Assembly (NCBI GenBank): GCA_032718475.1
Contig: JAUCBJ010008232.1
Span: 1-64,000, forward strand
DNA: 64,000 nt
Direction of reading: 5' to 3'
From: Nemertoderma westbladi
Taxonomy: Eukaryota; Animalia; Xenacoelomorpha
Part shown: positions 1-13,759 of the stretch, piece by piece
Layout: each line of letters starts with the position of its first letter
Position numbering within the stretch: the first letter of the stretch is position 1
Made by a program: the position numbers and the translations under genes
Notes under the pieces: model-generated
Told to the model about the DNA's origin: nothing
Seen by the model: only the letters and a program-made list of their open reading frames with translations
Database searches by the model: none

Positions 1-20
1 AAAATATCATGCTGCACAAC

Positions 21-130
21 GGACTAATATTACATACAGTATAACGGACTAATATTGCATACTGCATAATGGACTAATATTGCATACTGCATAATGGACT
101 AATATTGCATACTGCATAATGGACTAATAC
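21..130. repeat. 25-bp tandem repeat (GGACTAATATTGCATACTGCATAAT), about 4.5 copies
   Basis: Unit visibly repeated at the window start; it truncates the adjacent protease ORF. Confidence 0.85.
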
Positions 131-1990
131 TGTGGATACAGCGCCATATACCGTAACACGTGGTAATAGAGAATCTAAAGTTACGTTAACAACTTTGCCG
201 TTTATATCACCTTGGCCGTGAATAGTGCCCATTTCTACCACAATATCTGTTGCGTTGTGAACATCTGTTATGACATCAGCTACTTGACGATCGATGTAGC
301 TGTGTGTAGAAGCTGGATCCAATACTACTAGTATTCCCTTCGAACCCTTCCGCCCCTTAACTTTAATTGGTACCACACTGAAGGAAACTGACTGAGCGGC
401 TGTAAGAAATGTCTGTCCAGCACTCGTTCCCTCGCTACGCTCATTAGTCTCAGCCTTACCTGATTCACATTCTTCTTCATCTGATGACCCGTCTTGAATC
501 TTGATGTCATCGAATAAAGTGGTAAAAGTAAATTTTGCAGGTTTTGATGGATTGGGGTTTAACATTACCTTAGTTGGTGAAATATTATTATCCATGAGAA
601 ACCTCTTCGTTGGAGCGTGCGATGCGGTGTGCAATATGCGATGGTGATTGCGACCGCAATCTGGACAGCGTTTCAGCGTGTCAGGACACTGTGTACGTTG
701 GTGCCCCGCCCCCAAACACCTCCAGCAGGCATCTAGTGGTCGTATTACTAGTCGATGTTTCTCAACATCAAACCTGTTAAATTCGTCACATGTTCCTAAT
801 TTATGATTAGCATATTTCTCATCGATATACTTACAGAATTGGCACCCTTTGAAATCGGAACCTAATTCCTGTCTCTTTAGTTTCTTACTGATTGGTGCTG
901 AAACTCGTGGGGAATATCCGCTTGTTTGTGATGATTCATTATTGAGTGATGCAGATGACATTTTCGACCTATCCTACGTCTTACTTCGCTGCGTCTCTCT
1001 GGCTGTAAATATTCTTCGGAAAAGTCGGAGCGCAATTATGCCAATGCTTCTGTGCGAATGAGTGTCAATATTTGTTCTAAACTAACTGTTCGTCCATTCA
1101 GAGTTCGTTCACCTTCCAGTCGACGCCACTTTTGTCGGTAACGGAAGTTCAAACGTCGAATGATCGATCGCAATACTTCAGGTTGACTTCAATAGTGCTC
1201 GCAACCTATCCTAGGCAGCACTTTAATCGCACTCTCAATTCCATCTACCAATTTCACTAAGTCCACTGGTCTATCAATGAGTCCACCAGCACCCAACTCA
1301 TCGATGATAGAGTGTGCTCGTCTATTGGTTCCACCATAAACCGACTGCAGTCGTTCATATGTTTGTTCAAAAGTGTCCTCACTACCTACCAGTCTCTGCC
1401 TGTGTCAGAGGATCTTTCTCCAAGGATTTTAAAAGATAATTATACTTCTCATTCGGAGGAAAGTCCTTATCCTTGATGTTACATCCACATACTCGATAAA
1501 CGTACTCCAATATTTCGCATTGTCATTAAACTTAGGTGTCTCCTGTGTAGGTAGACCTTGTCGAGCTGCAAATCTCGTTAACTCACCTAAAAATGAAATT
1601 TCTTGAGTAGGCGAGGTCAATCCTTTAGGACCACTTAAATCTGCTAAGAATGACCCATTTAGCTTAGGTGGATCATTGGCTCATCGCCGCCCCATCGAAT
1701 CGTCGCGTTGCATACTTTTCACTACCCCAATGGCATTTCTACTGATTTCATCAGTAGCTTCAATCTTGAACAATCGCGGATGGCTAGTGACTTTGGGTGT
1801 CTTGTTAGTAGCAACGAGCGCATATCCATCTGTACCAAGGTTGTCCACGACATGCTTACTCGGCGATCTTTCAGAAACATCTGCAACTTCACTGATTAAA
1901 TCAGATGTGCACTCCGTATACTCGCAATGATCGCGCAGTTCTCGTCGTTTCTCTAAATCACGCTGTTCCTGTAGTAGAAATTCCTCAAAG
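74..1990 (-). pseudogene. Degraded BEL/Pao gag-protease fragment (element C)
   Basis: ORF 74-961 has BEL-type Cys/His knuckles (CQFC..H..C, CWRC..GH..C, CPDC..HHRILH) and an aspartic protease-like motif (VLDPAST). ORF 1429-1620 has a gag-like PKFNDN..W..F motif. Stops and frameshifts lie between them. Confidence 0.75.
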
Positions 1991-2824
1991 CTCTATAGCT
2001 CTATAGCTATTATACAACATTTAAATACCGGTATGACACGAAAATAATTTGAATCTAATTCAAAAATTCAAAAAAATAAATTTGTCACCCAAAATATTTC
2101 TAATTTTATATATAGCTCAAAATCAACGTAATTTTATTTTTAAATATTATATATATCCACTAGCGCGTGGCTACACCTTCAGGTTGCGACACTCTCTCTC
2201 TCTCCAACTGAGCGATCCAAAACACCATGGCTGGCTAAACCTAACTAACCTAACCAATAAATTGAGTTCAGTTTCGCAGTCAAACAACCGGTAATTTTTT
2301 ACTGCTTCCACAAACACACTGGTACCAACAGAATAACTAACCCTGTTCGCTGTGAGATTCCACGCCCGCGTCATAGGCTTCAGACTCGTTGCTGATTGCG
2401 AACCGAACCCGTAGACCCACACAAACCCCAGCATCAGAAGTTCCATCTCGCCATGTATCTCCAGATGGTATAAAATAATTAAGCGGTTATCCAACATACC
2501 GGTACTAAAATCCTAAATTTTATTATATAAATAATTTTGGCCGAAACTGAATTCTCACAAACCTAGCTACTAATTTTGAATTTACTAATTTTACAATTTA
2601 CCCTAAGAGCCTAACGAATTACTGTATTCTCTATGAATAGTGAACAAAAAAAAATATAAAAGCCGTTTACTGTTAAAGAAATCTCAAAGGGGATTCTTCC
2701 TTTTGATATGTTCGTATTTTCGAATGAAACAATGAGGTTAATCAAACTATAACATACCAAGCTAATTGCCCTAAACACAAGCCGAAACAGAAACAACCAA
2801 AACAAGACTGACACTGAGTCAGTC

Positions 2825-5800
2825 ACTGACTGACTGACTGACTGACTGACTGACTGACTGACTGACTGACTGACTGACTGACTGACTGACTGACTGACTG
2901 ACTGACTGACTGACTGACTGACTGACTGACTGACTGACTGACTGACTGACTGACTGACTGACTGACTGACTGACTGACTGACTGACTGACTGACTGACTG
3001 ACTGACTGACTGACTGACTGACTGACTGACTGACTGACTGACTGACTGACTGACTGACTGACTGACTGACTGACTGACTGACTGACTGACTGACTGACTG
3101 ACTGACTGACTGACTGACTGACTGACTGACTGACTGACTGACTGACTGACTGACTGACTGACTGACTGACTGACTGACTGACTGACTGACTGACTGACTG
3201 ACTGACTGACTGACTGACTGACTGACTGACTGACTGACTGACTGACTGACTGACTGACTGACTGACTGACTGACTGACTGACTGACTGACTGACTGACTG
3301 ACTGACTGACTGACTGACTGACTGACTGACTGACTGACTGACTGACTGACTGACTGACTGACTGACTGACTGACTGACTGACTGACTGACTGACTGACTG
3401 ACTGACTGACTGACTGACTGACTGACTGACTGACTGACTGACTGACTGACTGACTGACTGACTGACTGACTGACTGACTGACTGACTGACTGACTGACTG
3501 ACTGACTGACTGACTGACTGACTGACTGACTGACTGACTGACTGACTGACTGACTGACTGACTGACTGACTGACTGACTGACTGACTGACTGACTGACTG
3601 ACTGACTGACTGACTGACTGACTGACTGACTGACTGACTGACTGACTGACTGACTGACTGACTGACTGACTGACTGACTGACTGACTGACTGACTGACTG
3701 ACTGACTGACTGACTGACTGACTGACTGACTGACTGACTGACTGACTGACTGACTGACTGACTGACTGACTGACTGACTGACTGACTGACTGACTGACTG
3801 ACTGACTGACTGACTGACTGACTGACTGACTGACTGACTGACTGACTGACTGACTGACTGACTGACTGACTGACTGACTGACTGACTGACTGACTGACTG
3901 ACTGACTGACTGACTGACTGACTGACTGACTGACTGACTGACTGACTGACTGACTGACTGACTGACTGACTGACTGACTGACTGACTGACTGACTGACTG
4001 ACTGACTGACTGACTGACTGACTGACTGACTGACTGACTGACTGACTGACTGACTGACTGACTGACTGACTGACTGACTGACTGACTGACTGACTGACTG
4101 ACTGACTGACTGACTGACTGACTGACTGACTGACTGACTGACTGACTGACTGACTGACTGACTGACTGACTGACTGACTGACTGACTGACTGACTGACTG
4201 ACTGACTGACTGACTGACTGACTGACTGACTGACTGACTGACTGACTGACTGACTGACTGACTGACTGACTGACTGACTGACTGACTGACTGACTGACTG
4301 ACTGACTGACTGACTGACTGACTGACTGACTGACTGACTGACTGACTGACTGACTGACTGACTGACTGACTGACTGACTGACTGACTGACTGACTGACTG
4401 ACTGACTGACTGACTGACTGACTGACTGACTGACTGACTGACTGACTGACTGACTGACTGACTGACTGACTGACTGACTGACTGACTGACTGACTGACTG
4501 ACTGACTGACTGACTGACTGACTGACTGACTGACTGACTGACTGACTGACTGACTGACTGACTGACTGACTGACTGACTGACTGACTGACTGACTGACTG
4601 ACTGACTGACTGACTGACTGACTGACTGACTGACTGACTGACTGACTGACTGACTGACTGACTGACTGACTGACTGACTGACTGACTGACTGACTGACTG
4701 ACTGACTGACTGACTGACTGACTGACTGACTGACTGACTGACTGACTGACTGACTGACTGACTGACTGACTGACTGACTGACTGACTGACTGACTGACTG
4801 ACTGACTGACTGACTGACTGACTGACTGACTGACTGACTGACTGACTGACTGACTGACTGACTGACTGACTGACTGACTGACTGACTGACTGACTGACTG
4901 ACTGACTGACTGACTGACTGACTGACTGACTGACTGACTGACTGACTGACTGACTGACTGACTGACTGACTGACTGACTGACTGACTGACTGACTGACTG
5001 ACTGACTGACTGACTGACTGACTGACTGACTGACTGACTGACTGACTGACTGACTGACTGACTGACTGACTGACTGACTGACTGACTGACTGACTGACTG
5101 ACTGACTGACTGACTGACTGACTGACTGACTGACTGACTGACTGACTGACTGACTGACTGACTGACTGACTGACTGACTGACTGACTGACTGACTGACTG
5201 ACTGACTGACTGACTGACTGACTGACTGACTGACTGACTGACTGACTGACTGACTGACTGACTGACTGACTGACTGACTGACTGACTGACTGACTGACTG
5301 ACTGACTGACTGACTGACTGACTGACTGACTGACTGACTGACTGACTGACTGACTGACTGACTGACTGACTGACTGACTGACTGACTGACTGACTGACTG
5401 ACTGACTGACTGACTGACTGACTGACTGACTGACTGACTGACTGACTGACTGACTGACTGACTGACTGACTGACTGACTGACTGACTGACTGACTGACTG
5501 ACTGACTGACTGACTGACTGACTGACTGACTGACTGACTGACTGACTGACTGACTGACTGACTGACTGACTGACTGACTGACTGACTGACTGACTGACTG
5601 ACTGACTGACTGACTGACTGACTGACTGACTGACTGACTGACTGACTGACTGACTGACTGACTGACTGACTGACTGACTGACTGACTGACTGACTGACTG
5701 ACTGACTGACTGACTGACTGACTGACTGACTGACTGACTGACTGACTGACTGACTGACTGACTGACTGACTGACTGACTGACTGACTGACTGACTGACTG

Positions 5801-7725
5801 ACTGACTGACTGACTGACTGACTGACTGACTGACTGACTGACTGACTGACTGACTGACTGACTGACTGACTGACTGACTGACTGACTGACTGACTGACTG
5901 ACTGACTGACTGACTGACTGACTGACTGACTGACTGACTGACTGACTGACTGACTGACTGACTGACTGACTGACTGACTGACTGACTGACTGACTGACTG
6001 ACTGACTGACTGACTGACTGACTGACTGACTGACTGACTGACTGACTGACTGACTGACTGACTGACTGACTGACTGACTGACTGACTGACTGACTGACTG
6101 ACTGACTGACTGACTGACTGACTGACTGACTGACTGACTGACTGACTGACTGACTGACTGACTGACTGACTGACTGACTGACTGACTGACTGACTGACTG
6201 ACTGACTGACTGACTGACTGACTGACTGACTGACTGACTGACTGACTGACTGACTGACTGACTGACTGACTGACTGACTGACTGACTGACTGACTGACTG
6301 ACTGACTGACTGACTGACTGACTGACTGACTGACTGACTGACTGACTGACTGACTGACTGACTGACTGACTGACTGACTGACTGACTGACTGACTGACTG
6401 ACTGACTGACTGACTGACTGACTGACTGACTGACTGACTGACTGACTGACTGACTGACTGACTGACTGACTGACTGACTGACTGACTGACTGACTGACTG
6501 ACTGACTGACTGACTGACTGACTGACTGACTGACTGACTGACTGACTGACTGACTGACTGACTGACTGACTGACTGACTGACTGACTGACTGACTGACTG
6601 ACTGACTGACTGACTGACTGACTGACTGACTGACTGACTGACTGACTGACTGACTGACTGACTGACTGACTGACTGACTGACTGACTGACTGACTGACTG
6701 ACTGACTGACTGACTGACTGACTGACTGACTGACTGACTGACTGACTGACTGACTGACTGACTGACTGACTGACTGACTGACTGACTGACTGACTGACTG
6801 ACTGACTGACTGACTGACTGACTGACTGACTGACTGACTGACTGACTGACTGACTGACTGACTGACTGACTGACTGACTGACTGACTGACTGACTGACTG
6901 ACTGACTGACTGACTGACTGACTGACTGACTGACTGACTGACTGACTGACTGACTGACTGACTGACTGACTGACTGACTGACTGACTGACTGACTGACTG
7001 ACTGACTGACTGACTGACTGACTGACTGACTGACTGACTGACTGACTGACTGACTGACTGACTGACTGACTGACTGACTGACTGACTGACTGACTGACTG
7101 ACTGACTGACTGACTGACTGCTGACTGTCTGACTGACTGACTGACTGACTGACTGACTGACTGACTGACTGACTGACTGACTGACTGACTGACTGACTGA
7201 CTGACTGACTGACTGACTGACTGACTGACTGACTGACTGACTGACTGACTGACTGACTGACTGACTGACTGACTGACTGACTGACTGACTGACTGACTGA
7301 CTGACTGACTGACTGACTGACTGACTGACTGACTGACTGACTGACTGACTGACTGACTGACTGACTGACTGACTGACTGACTGACTGACTGACTGACTGA
7401 CTGACTGACTGACTGACTGACTGACTGACTGACTGACTGACTGACTGACTGACTGACTGACTGACTGACTGACTGACTGACTGACTGACTGACTGACTGA
7501 CTGACTGACTGACTGACTGACTGACTGACTGACTGACTGACTGACTGACTGACTGACTGACTGACTGACTGACTGACTGACTGACTGACTGACTGACTGA
7601 CTGACTGACTGACTGACTGACTGACTGACTGACTGACTGACTGACTGACTGACTGACTGACTGACTGACTGACTGACTGACTGACTGACTGACTGACTGA
7701 CTGACTGACTGACTGACTGACTGAC
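2825..7725. repeat. (GACT)n tetranucleotide microsatellite, ~4.9 kb
   Basis: Nearly perfect GACT array with one small interruption at ~7121-7130. Confidence 0.99.
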
Positions 7726-8721
7726 GATACCGCGATTCTAAGGTCCCTGGCATGATAGACTACACCGTCCATAGCTTCTGGGCTCGAAAAATAAACGTAA
7801 ACGAAAAAACGCCATAGGCGCAATAGTAAAATAAAACCAATGACTGCAGTTTGAAAATTATATACTAAATATACTTTCAATTGTTTTATTTATAAATCTT
7901 TTGGCCATCATTAATACTGTGGAGACTATGTTTATAAAAGTGTATATTTAATCAACCACATAATAAATATGATTTTCCATAGGCTAACATTATAGTTTGA
8001 AATGTAAAAATCAATGGTTAATATCTGTATCAGGTTACACACTGTGGCAATCAAAATGTTTTATATTGTGGTGAATGTGGTGAATGGCATTTGGCGGCTT
8101 CCCTTCTGGGAGATATTAATATAATGGTGGAGGTCATTACAAACCTTAGTAGGACCTAAGTCGATTCCTACTGGGGTACTTTACTCCTTACGGTATCGAG
8201 TCTGTATGTTGAGTGGAGTTAGTAGGTAGTTACCAATGCGATATACCGGTACTACTATATTCATTACAAACCTTACCATACTGCAATATAATATATCTTG
8301 TTGGAACATTGCTATTTTATTGTTCAGTTGACTGCCTATGGCAGAACATACCACCTTCAGACCATAGACAAACATTGTTGAGGAAATTTACTTTAGTTTA
8401 CTCTACTATGCCATTCAGGTGAATGGATTTGAGTAATTGCCAAGTTACAGAGTGGAATCTCTCTCTCTGACCATAGGTAAATATGTTTTGGATTCACTCA
8501 TTCAATTGCGGACAATATATATATAAAAGAATAATATGCCGATATGACATTATGTATTCCAGTATTCTTGATACACATTCTGTCTGACATTTTCAATTTA
8601 CGATACTACCATACTGGTCCGTCTAACACTACTACACTACTGGTCCGTCTAACACTACTGCTTACAATAATTGGGACTTAGGTCATATATGTCAAGACAC
8701 TACGCCTTCAAAAAAAGTTTT

Positions 8722-10327
8722 TCAATATATATATTCATCATATTCTAAAGGATATAGCAGTTTCAATGGCCTTTTTATAATCCTTTTTGAAGGGAGAGTT
8801 AGTTTGACAGATCGTATCAGCCCGTCATGACTCTGGATAAGTTGAGTTACTTTACCTAACTTCCACGATCCCCATTGTAGGTTTTTCTCCTTTATTATTA
8901 CAATGGATCCTATTTTTACTTCAGTATCTACAGCATGATTCTGTTTAATGTGTCTTTGATATCGTTCTCTTAGGCTGGTAAGATATTCATCATTGAATAT
9001 TGTCCAGCATTGATTTAAATATATCATTCCTTTCTTCCAATACTCTAGTAGGTCTATGGCTTTGGATTTCTTTGTTCCCGGTGTGTAATCTTTATCCTTC
9101 TCATTTTCAATTTCGATATAAGGAATCCCAGGTTTAGTATTGATAGTTAGAAAATCATTGGGAGTTAAGACGTATCTATCTTCCAGATCCTCACCAACGT
9201 AAGTTAAGGGTCGTGTATTGACCACAGCTTCTACCTCTGTCATAACAGTATACAATTATAGATAGTTAAGACGCAATTTTCCTAGAGTTTTTCGCAGTGT
9301 ACGTTTTATTATACCAACCATTCTCTCATAGAATCCACCCATCCATGGTGATAGTTCTGGTATATATTTAATGTTTATTCCTTTACTGGAAATGTATGAT
9401 AATACATCTTCATCATTTGTGACCTTCTTCCATAAGTTATTCATGACAGTTTCTGTGAGTTTGAACTGACCAGCATTGTCACCAATTATATTAGTCCCTC
9501 TCCTAGAGACAAATCAGATGATTCTTCAGAAATCCTTCTTCAGATGATTGATTAGCAGCTAGTAGTTTGAGATAAATTGATCTCACTACTAAACAAGTGA
9601 AAAGACATACCCATGTTTTCACATTTTCCTTTGAAGGAAGTTGTATGTATAATGGTCCTAGGTAATCTAATCCAATGTGTTGGAAAGCAATAGCTTCAGT
9701 AGTTCTTAGTAAGGGCAAAGGAGGCATATTTGGTAATTTGTAAGGTCTTCCTTCCCATTTTCGGCAGGTCTTGCATATGAGCAGAACTGACCGCACTGCT
9801 CTTCTTCCCTGTGGTATCCAGCACTCTTTGCGCAGGGTTGATAATGTGTGGTTAATCCACGCATGTAGTCTACTTACATGAATGTGTTCTATTATTAGTG
9901 TAGTTAATGGAGATGTATTTGGAAGAAGATTGGGAAATTTGCAATAATCATCATTACTGATGTTTTCCAATCTTCCATAGCATCTAATTAGTCCATCATT
10001 GTCTATCTTTAATCCAAGTTGATTAATAAGGTTGTTTCTTTTTCCATTGATAATATCATGTATTATGTCTTCGAAGTGGTTCGATTGTATGTATTTCTCC
10101 CAAATTAATTTCGCATCGTTGATATCTGTAGTCGTTAGGCATCCATTCAATTTCGTCTTTCCACGACATTTTATAATAAATCTCTGAATACATGCAGAAA
10201 TACGTAGGATTCTGATCCACTTTGAATATTTATTTATGTCTAGTTCAAATGGTGTAGTCTTCATTTCATAAGATTTCTTGGTTATAATTGGGAGAGAAGC
10301 TTCGAATAGTATTTAGGAGGACATGCA
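8722..10327 (-). pseudogene. BEL/Pao element A: integrase region (disrupted)
   Basis: ORFs 9503-10264, 9256-9444 and 8722-9255 carry an H..H..CxxC zinc motif, IGLDYLGP, WVCLFTC, GDNAGQF, SPWMGGFYERMV, EVEAVVNTRPL and a C-terminal RPLKLLYPLE, all typical of BEL integrase. Stops and frameshifts are present. Confidence 0.9.
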
Positions 10328-10642
10328 AGTAGTATACATTACATGGTTCCTCGACCAAGGTCACCCGTAGTCCATCATTACCATCCATTTCTGGTACTGC
10401 AGCCAATCAGAAGCCACCATTTCAACCTTTTGCAGTGGTCGTTATTATTTCAACCAATCAGATGTCAGCATTTCATCCGTAACCATGGTAACTTCTCAAG
10501 TTCCCGCTTATTCCGCTAGAGGCGTTATTAGTCACCCAACGCTAGTACTGCATCCAATCACCAACCTTTATTTTACAGGTGTTCGGGTGTCTACACTTAG
10601 CATCAGGTAACTTCTATTATTTTTCAAATCGCAATTTTTCAC
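10328..10642 (+). repeat. Polinton left terminal inverted repeat
   Basis: Reverse complement of 30321-30635 with only a few mismatches. Confidence 0.95.
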
Positions 10643-11140
10643 CAACCATTGCATATTCATCTTCACATAGCCTAACCTCACGATGCATGGCTAGCCCCCA
10701 TCCCATCGCTACTCAATCCACAGCTGTTACCCACCCAACCAACCAATCAACAGCGATGTTTGCCTAACCCTACGGTCATTCACCTTTTCACCACGTTACC
10801 GCCACTACCACGTTACCACCACCACTGTATACTGTATATGGTGACGACGTGGCCACCAACTACTCGCAACGTGCATATATTATATTATATCGATTGCTAA
10901 CTCCACGACACCCGTCGCCAAACCAACAAACCAACCACTCAGTATGATACATGAGATTCCGTCACGTTCCAGCTATGCATATACGAGTATTAGTGATTAT
11001 TATTACGCAATAATTTTTTTTGATTATACAGTAGTTCCCTACCAGCTAATCAACCAATCAATAAACCAAATTTAGGCTATTTTTCAGTTGAAGACCTGTA
11101 TTATTTTTGAAAATATCTTATATATAATCTCTTGCTTTAA

Positions 11141-12397
11141 CCCTATTACCACTGGGGTGTTTTGACCATTAGCACCACTGGGGGGGGGGGGCCGATTCGG
11201 CCCACCCACTATATTTTTGTAGTCGTCCAATGAAATCCTACAAAATTTGGGCTGTTGGTGAAACAACTATAGATGAACACTACCAAACCTTAAAAAATTA
11301 AAATTTCATAAGCAGGGTCTCATAATTTTGATGAAAAATAAAAGTAGTCCCAGGACAAAATTACAAAATTTTTCGTTTTCTAAAAACTGATAGTGTGGCA
11401 GTGTTGGCTAGATTTAGTAGGTTTTTCAAGACGCTGAATCGAATGTGATTATATTCCACTTCCAAAAATTGAAGTGGATGCTATTTTTCGTGCACCTAAG
11501 AAGTGGGCGTCAAATTTCAAATTTTGAAAAATTAGATATTCAGAAAATGCCCCTAATTTTTTTATTTCAACGCATCTTTATGGGTTTTCTGGGCCGCTGA
11601 ATCGATTGAAAGTAATATAGAAGCCTGAAGACTGAGTGGTTCGCCATTTTTGGTGCACCAAAATTAGGGCGTGGCACTTCAAATTTTGAAAAATACGAGA
11701 TTCGGAAAATAAACCAAAATTGAAATTTTAACGAATTTATATAGGTTTTCCAGACCGCTGAATCGATTGAAAGTAATATAGAAGCCTGAAGACTTAGATG
11801 TTAGCCATTTTTTGAAATCAAAACTTTAGTGTTTTTTCCGAATAAAGTAATTTTGAAAATTTGAAGTGCCACGCCCTAATTTTGGTGCACCAAAAATGGC
11901 GAACCACTAAGTCTTCAGGCTTCTATATTACTTTCAATCGATTCAGCGCTCCAGAAAACCTATAAAAATGCTTTGCAAATCAAAACTTTAGTGTATTTTC
12001 CGAATCTCGTATTTTTCAAAATTTGAAGTGCCACGCCCTAATTTTGGTGCACCAAAAATGGCGAACCACTACACTTACATACTTGTATAGAACATTAGAG
12101 TGATCCAAACCAATAAAAATAAATAAAAATAGCCCAAACATAAATAATTACTAAATCACGAATGACTTTGTAAAATTCGAAAATTTCAAAAAATTTGGTG
12201 CTGGAGACCAAATTTTGAGGTGGCACCCACATCGAAAAGTAGAAATCCAATTGCAACGGCGTTTTTTGCAAAAGATGCGGCATTAAATTTGGCTAATTCT
12301 CACAAAAAATTGGGCCGGTACGTAATGTGGTTGCATAGTTACAGCAACTAAAAACTAGGAAGGGGCCGATTCGGCCCCCCCCCCAGTGCTAATAGGG
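11141..12397. mobile_element. Non-autonomous piggyBac-type element (MITE) inserted in the Polinton left arm
   Basis: TTAA at 11137-11140 and 12398-12401; TIRs CCCTATT..CACTGGGG / CCCCAGTG..AATAGGG; internal inverted repeats; no coding capacity. Confidence 0.88.
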
Positions 12398-12482
12398 TTA
12401 ATCGCAATTAATCATTTGTAATGGTTTTAGTTTAAAAAGTTTTTACTTTGTTTGTTTGATTTACAATAAAATTAATTAAATA

Positions 12483-12686
12483 ATGTTTTCTGATTCCAAT
12501 ATGGTTATGCCAATAGTAAGGCATTCATTTTTCGCAGAAGATGGTGAAGCCTATATTGTTATTGATCATACAATTTATCGTCAAGGAGATGATAAATATA
12601 AAATTGAATTTTCTGAAAAAGCCAGGAAAGTTTTAAGCTCAATTGATATTGATGCTTCTGATAATAGTATTCATCTTTTAGATTAA
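12483..12686 (+). CDS. Small Polinton hypothetical protein (67 aa)
   Basis: ATG in the A/T-rich context seen for other Polinton genes and co-oriented with them; no motif recognised. Confidence 0.35.
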   Translation: MFSDSNMVMPIVRHSFFAEDGEAYIVIDHTIYRQGDDKYKIEFSEKARKVLSSIDIDASDNSIHLLD

Positions 12687-12736
12687 ACCTGAAAGCTGAG
12701 CATGGGGGAAAATTAACCAACATCTTACTATTATCC

Positions 12737-12925
12737 ATGATAGAGGGGTTTATTGTTATTACACAATACAACGAAGCTGGTGAAAAGTTTGAAATACGGC
12801 TAAATCGGCATAGCCCCTACGAAATTATGTCTTTCTTTATTGTAATGATTTCAAAAGAATCCTTTGTCGAACCTGAAGAATCAGCGGATAATGTTGAATA
12901 TGTTGATAATATCATTGATTCTTGA
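12737..12925 (+). CDS. Small Polinton hypothetical protein (62 aa), possibly a fragment of a gene shared with the previous ORF
   Basis: Acidic ORF co-oriented with its neighbours; no motif recognised. Confidence 0.3.
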   Translation: MIEGFIVITQYNEAGEKFEIRLNRHSPYEIMSFFIVMISKESFVEPEESADNVEYVDNIIDS

Positions 12926-13090
12926 CTTTTCCCCCTATATTATAAATATTTTATGATTATATATAAAATTTTGTTGTTTTTAAATAATCGAAAATTGTAG
13001 TAGTATTTGTATATACAGTATAACAGTTTTGTTTGTTGTTGTTGTTGTGTATTGTGGTAATTATTTTCAATTTACTTTAAAATTTGGAAA

Positions 13091-13543
13091 ATGGATATTT
13101 TAAATGAAAAATGTCCAGTTTGCTATTCTAAGTTATTGCAACAACATCGAGATTATTATAAATGTGAAAATAAACATGCAACTTGCGTACAATGTATTGT
13201 ACAATATTCCGAAATGAATAATTATTGTTCTAAAATTTGTCCTATTTGTCGCGCACCCATATCTAAGTTTAATATAAAGTTGGCAAGATACCAACCCTAT
13301 TATTGGAAAGAGCTTCGCAATATAACTTATATTTCTGCGAAAAGTAATGATCCGGGAGATTTATTTACAATCTTGGAGAATATTTTTTATAGAAACGTAG
13401 TACGACGCTGTTGCTACTATATTCCTTATTTTTTTAGCAGCGAACATAAAAAAATCATTAGCGCGAAATTTTCGGGAAGTGATTTCCAAACCGCCGATGT
13501 TACCTATCATTATTTCGTGTATAAAGATGCTCACCATGCTTGA
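13091..13543 (+). CDS. RING-finger (C3HC4-type) protein, putative E3 ubiquitin ligase
   Basis: CPVC...CENKH..CVQC...CPICR pattern at the N-terminus. Confidence 0.8.
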   Translation: MDILNEKCPVCYSKLLQQHRDYYKCENKHATCVQCIVQYSEMNNYCSKICPICRAPISKFNIKLARYQPYYWKELRNITYISAKSNDPGDLFTILENIFYRNVVRRCCYYIPYFFSSEHKKIISAKFSGSDFQTADVTYHYFVYKDAHHA

Positions 13544-13759
13544 AATTACATCAGTCTATACTATAATTGGAAATAGCACCTTTTGCTGCAGCGAGCGTCA
13601 CATACTGTAGTGGCGTCATATGTTAATTAAATATACAGTACTCTAATATTGTAGTTGCATCAATTATTGTTATATACATAGTAATGGTGTTGGTTTATTG
13701 ATATTGATATTGATATTATATTATATTGTATTGTTGATATATCTTAATAATAATAATAA

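Noticed and set aside
2819-7880. 1644-aa and 1685-aa (SQSV)n ORFs
   Set aside because: Artefact of the (AGTC)n strand lacking stop codons; no coding evidence.
7726-8720. Candidate 3' LTR of BEL-A
   Set aside because: A possible PPT lies near 8090-8107, but there is no partner LTR or TSD in the window, so boundaries cannot be supported.
10579-10767. MFGCLHLASG ORFs occurring three times (10579, 30227, 30384)
   Set aside because: They arise from the TIR and its duplication, start at GTG and diverge right after the repeat.
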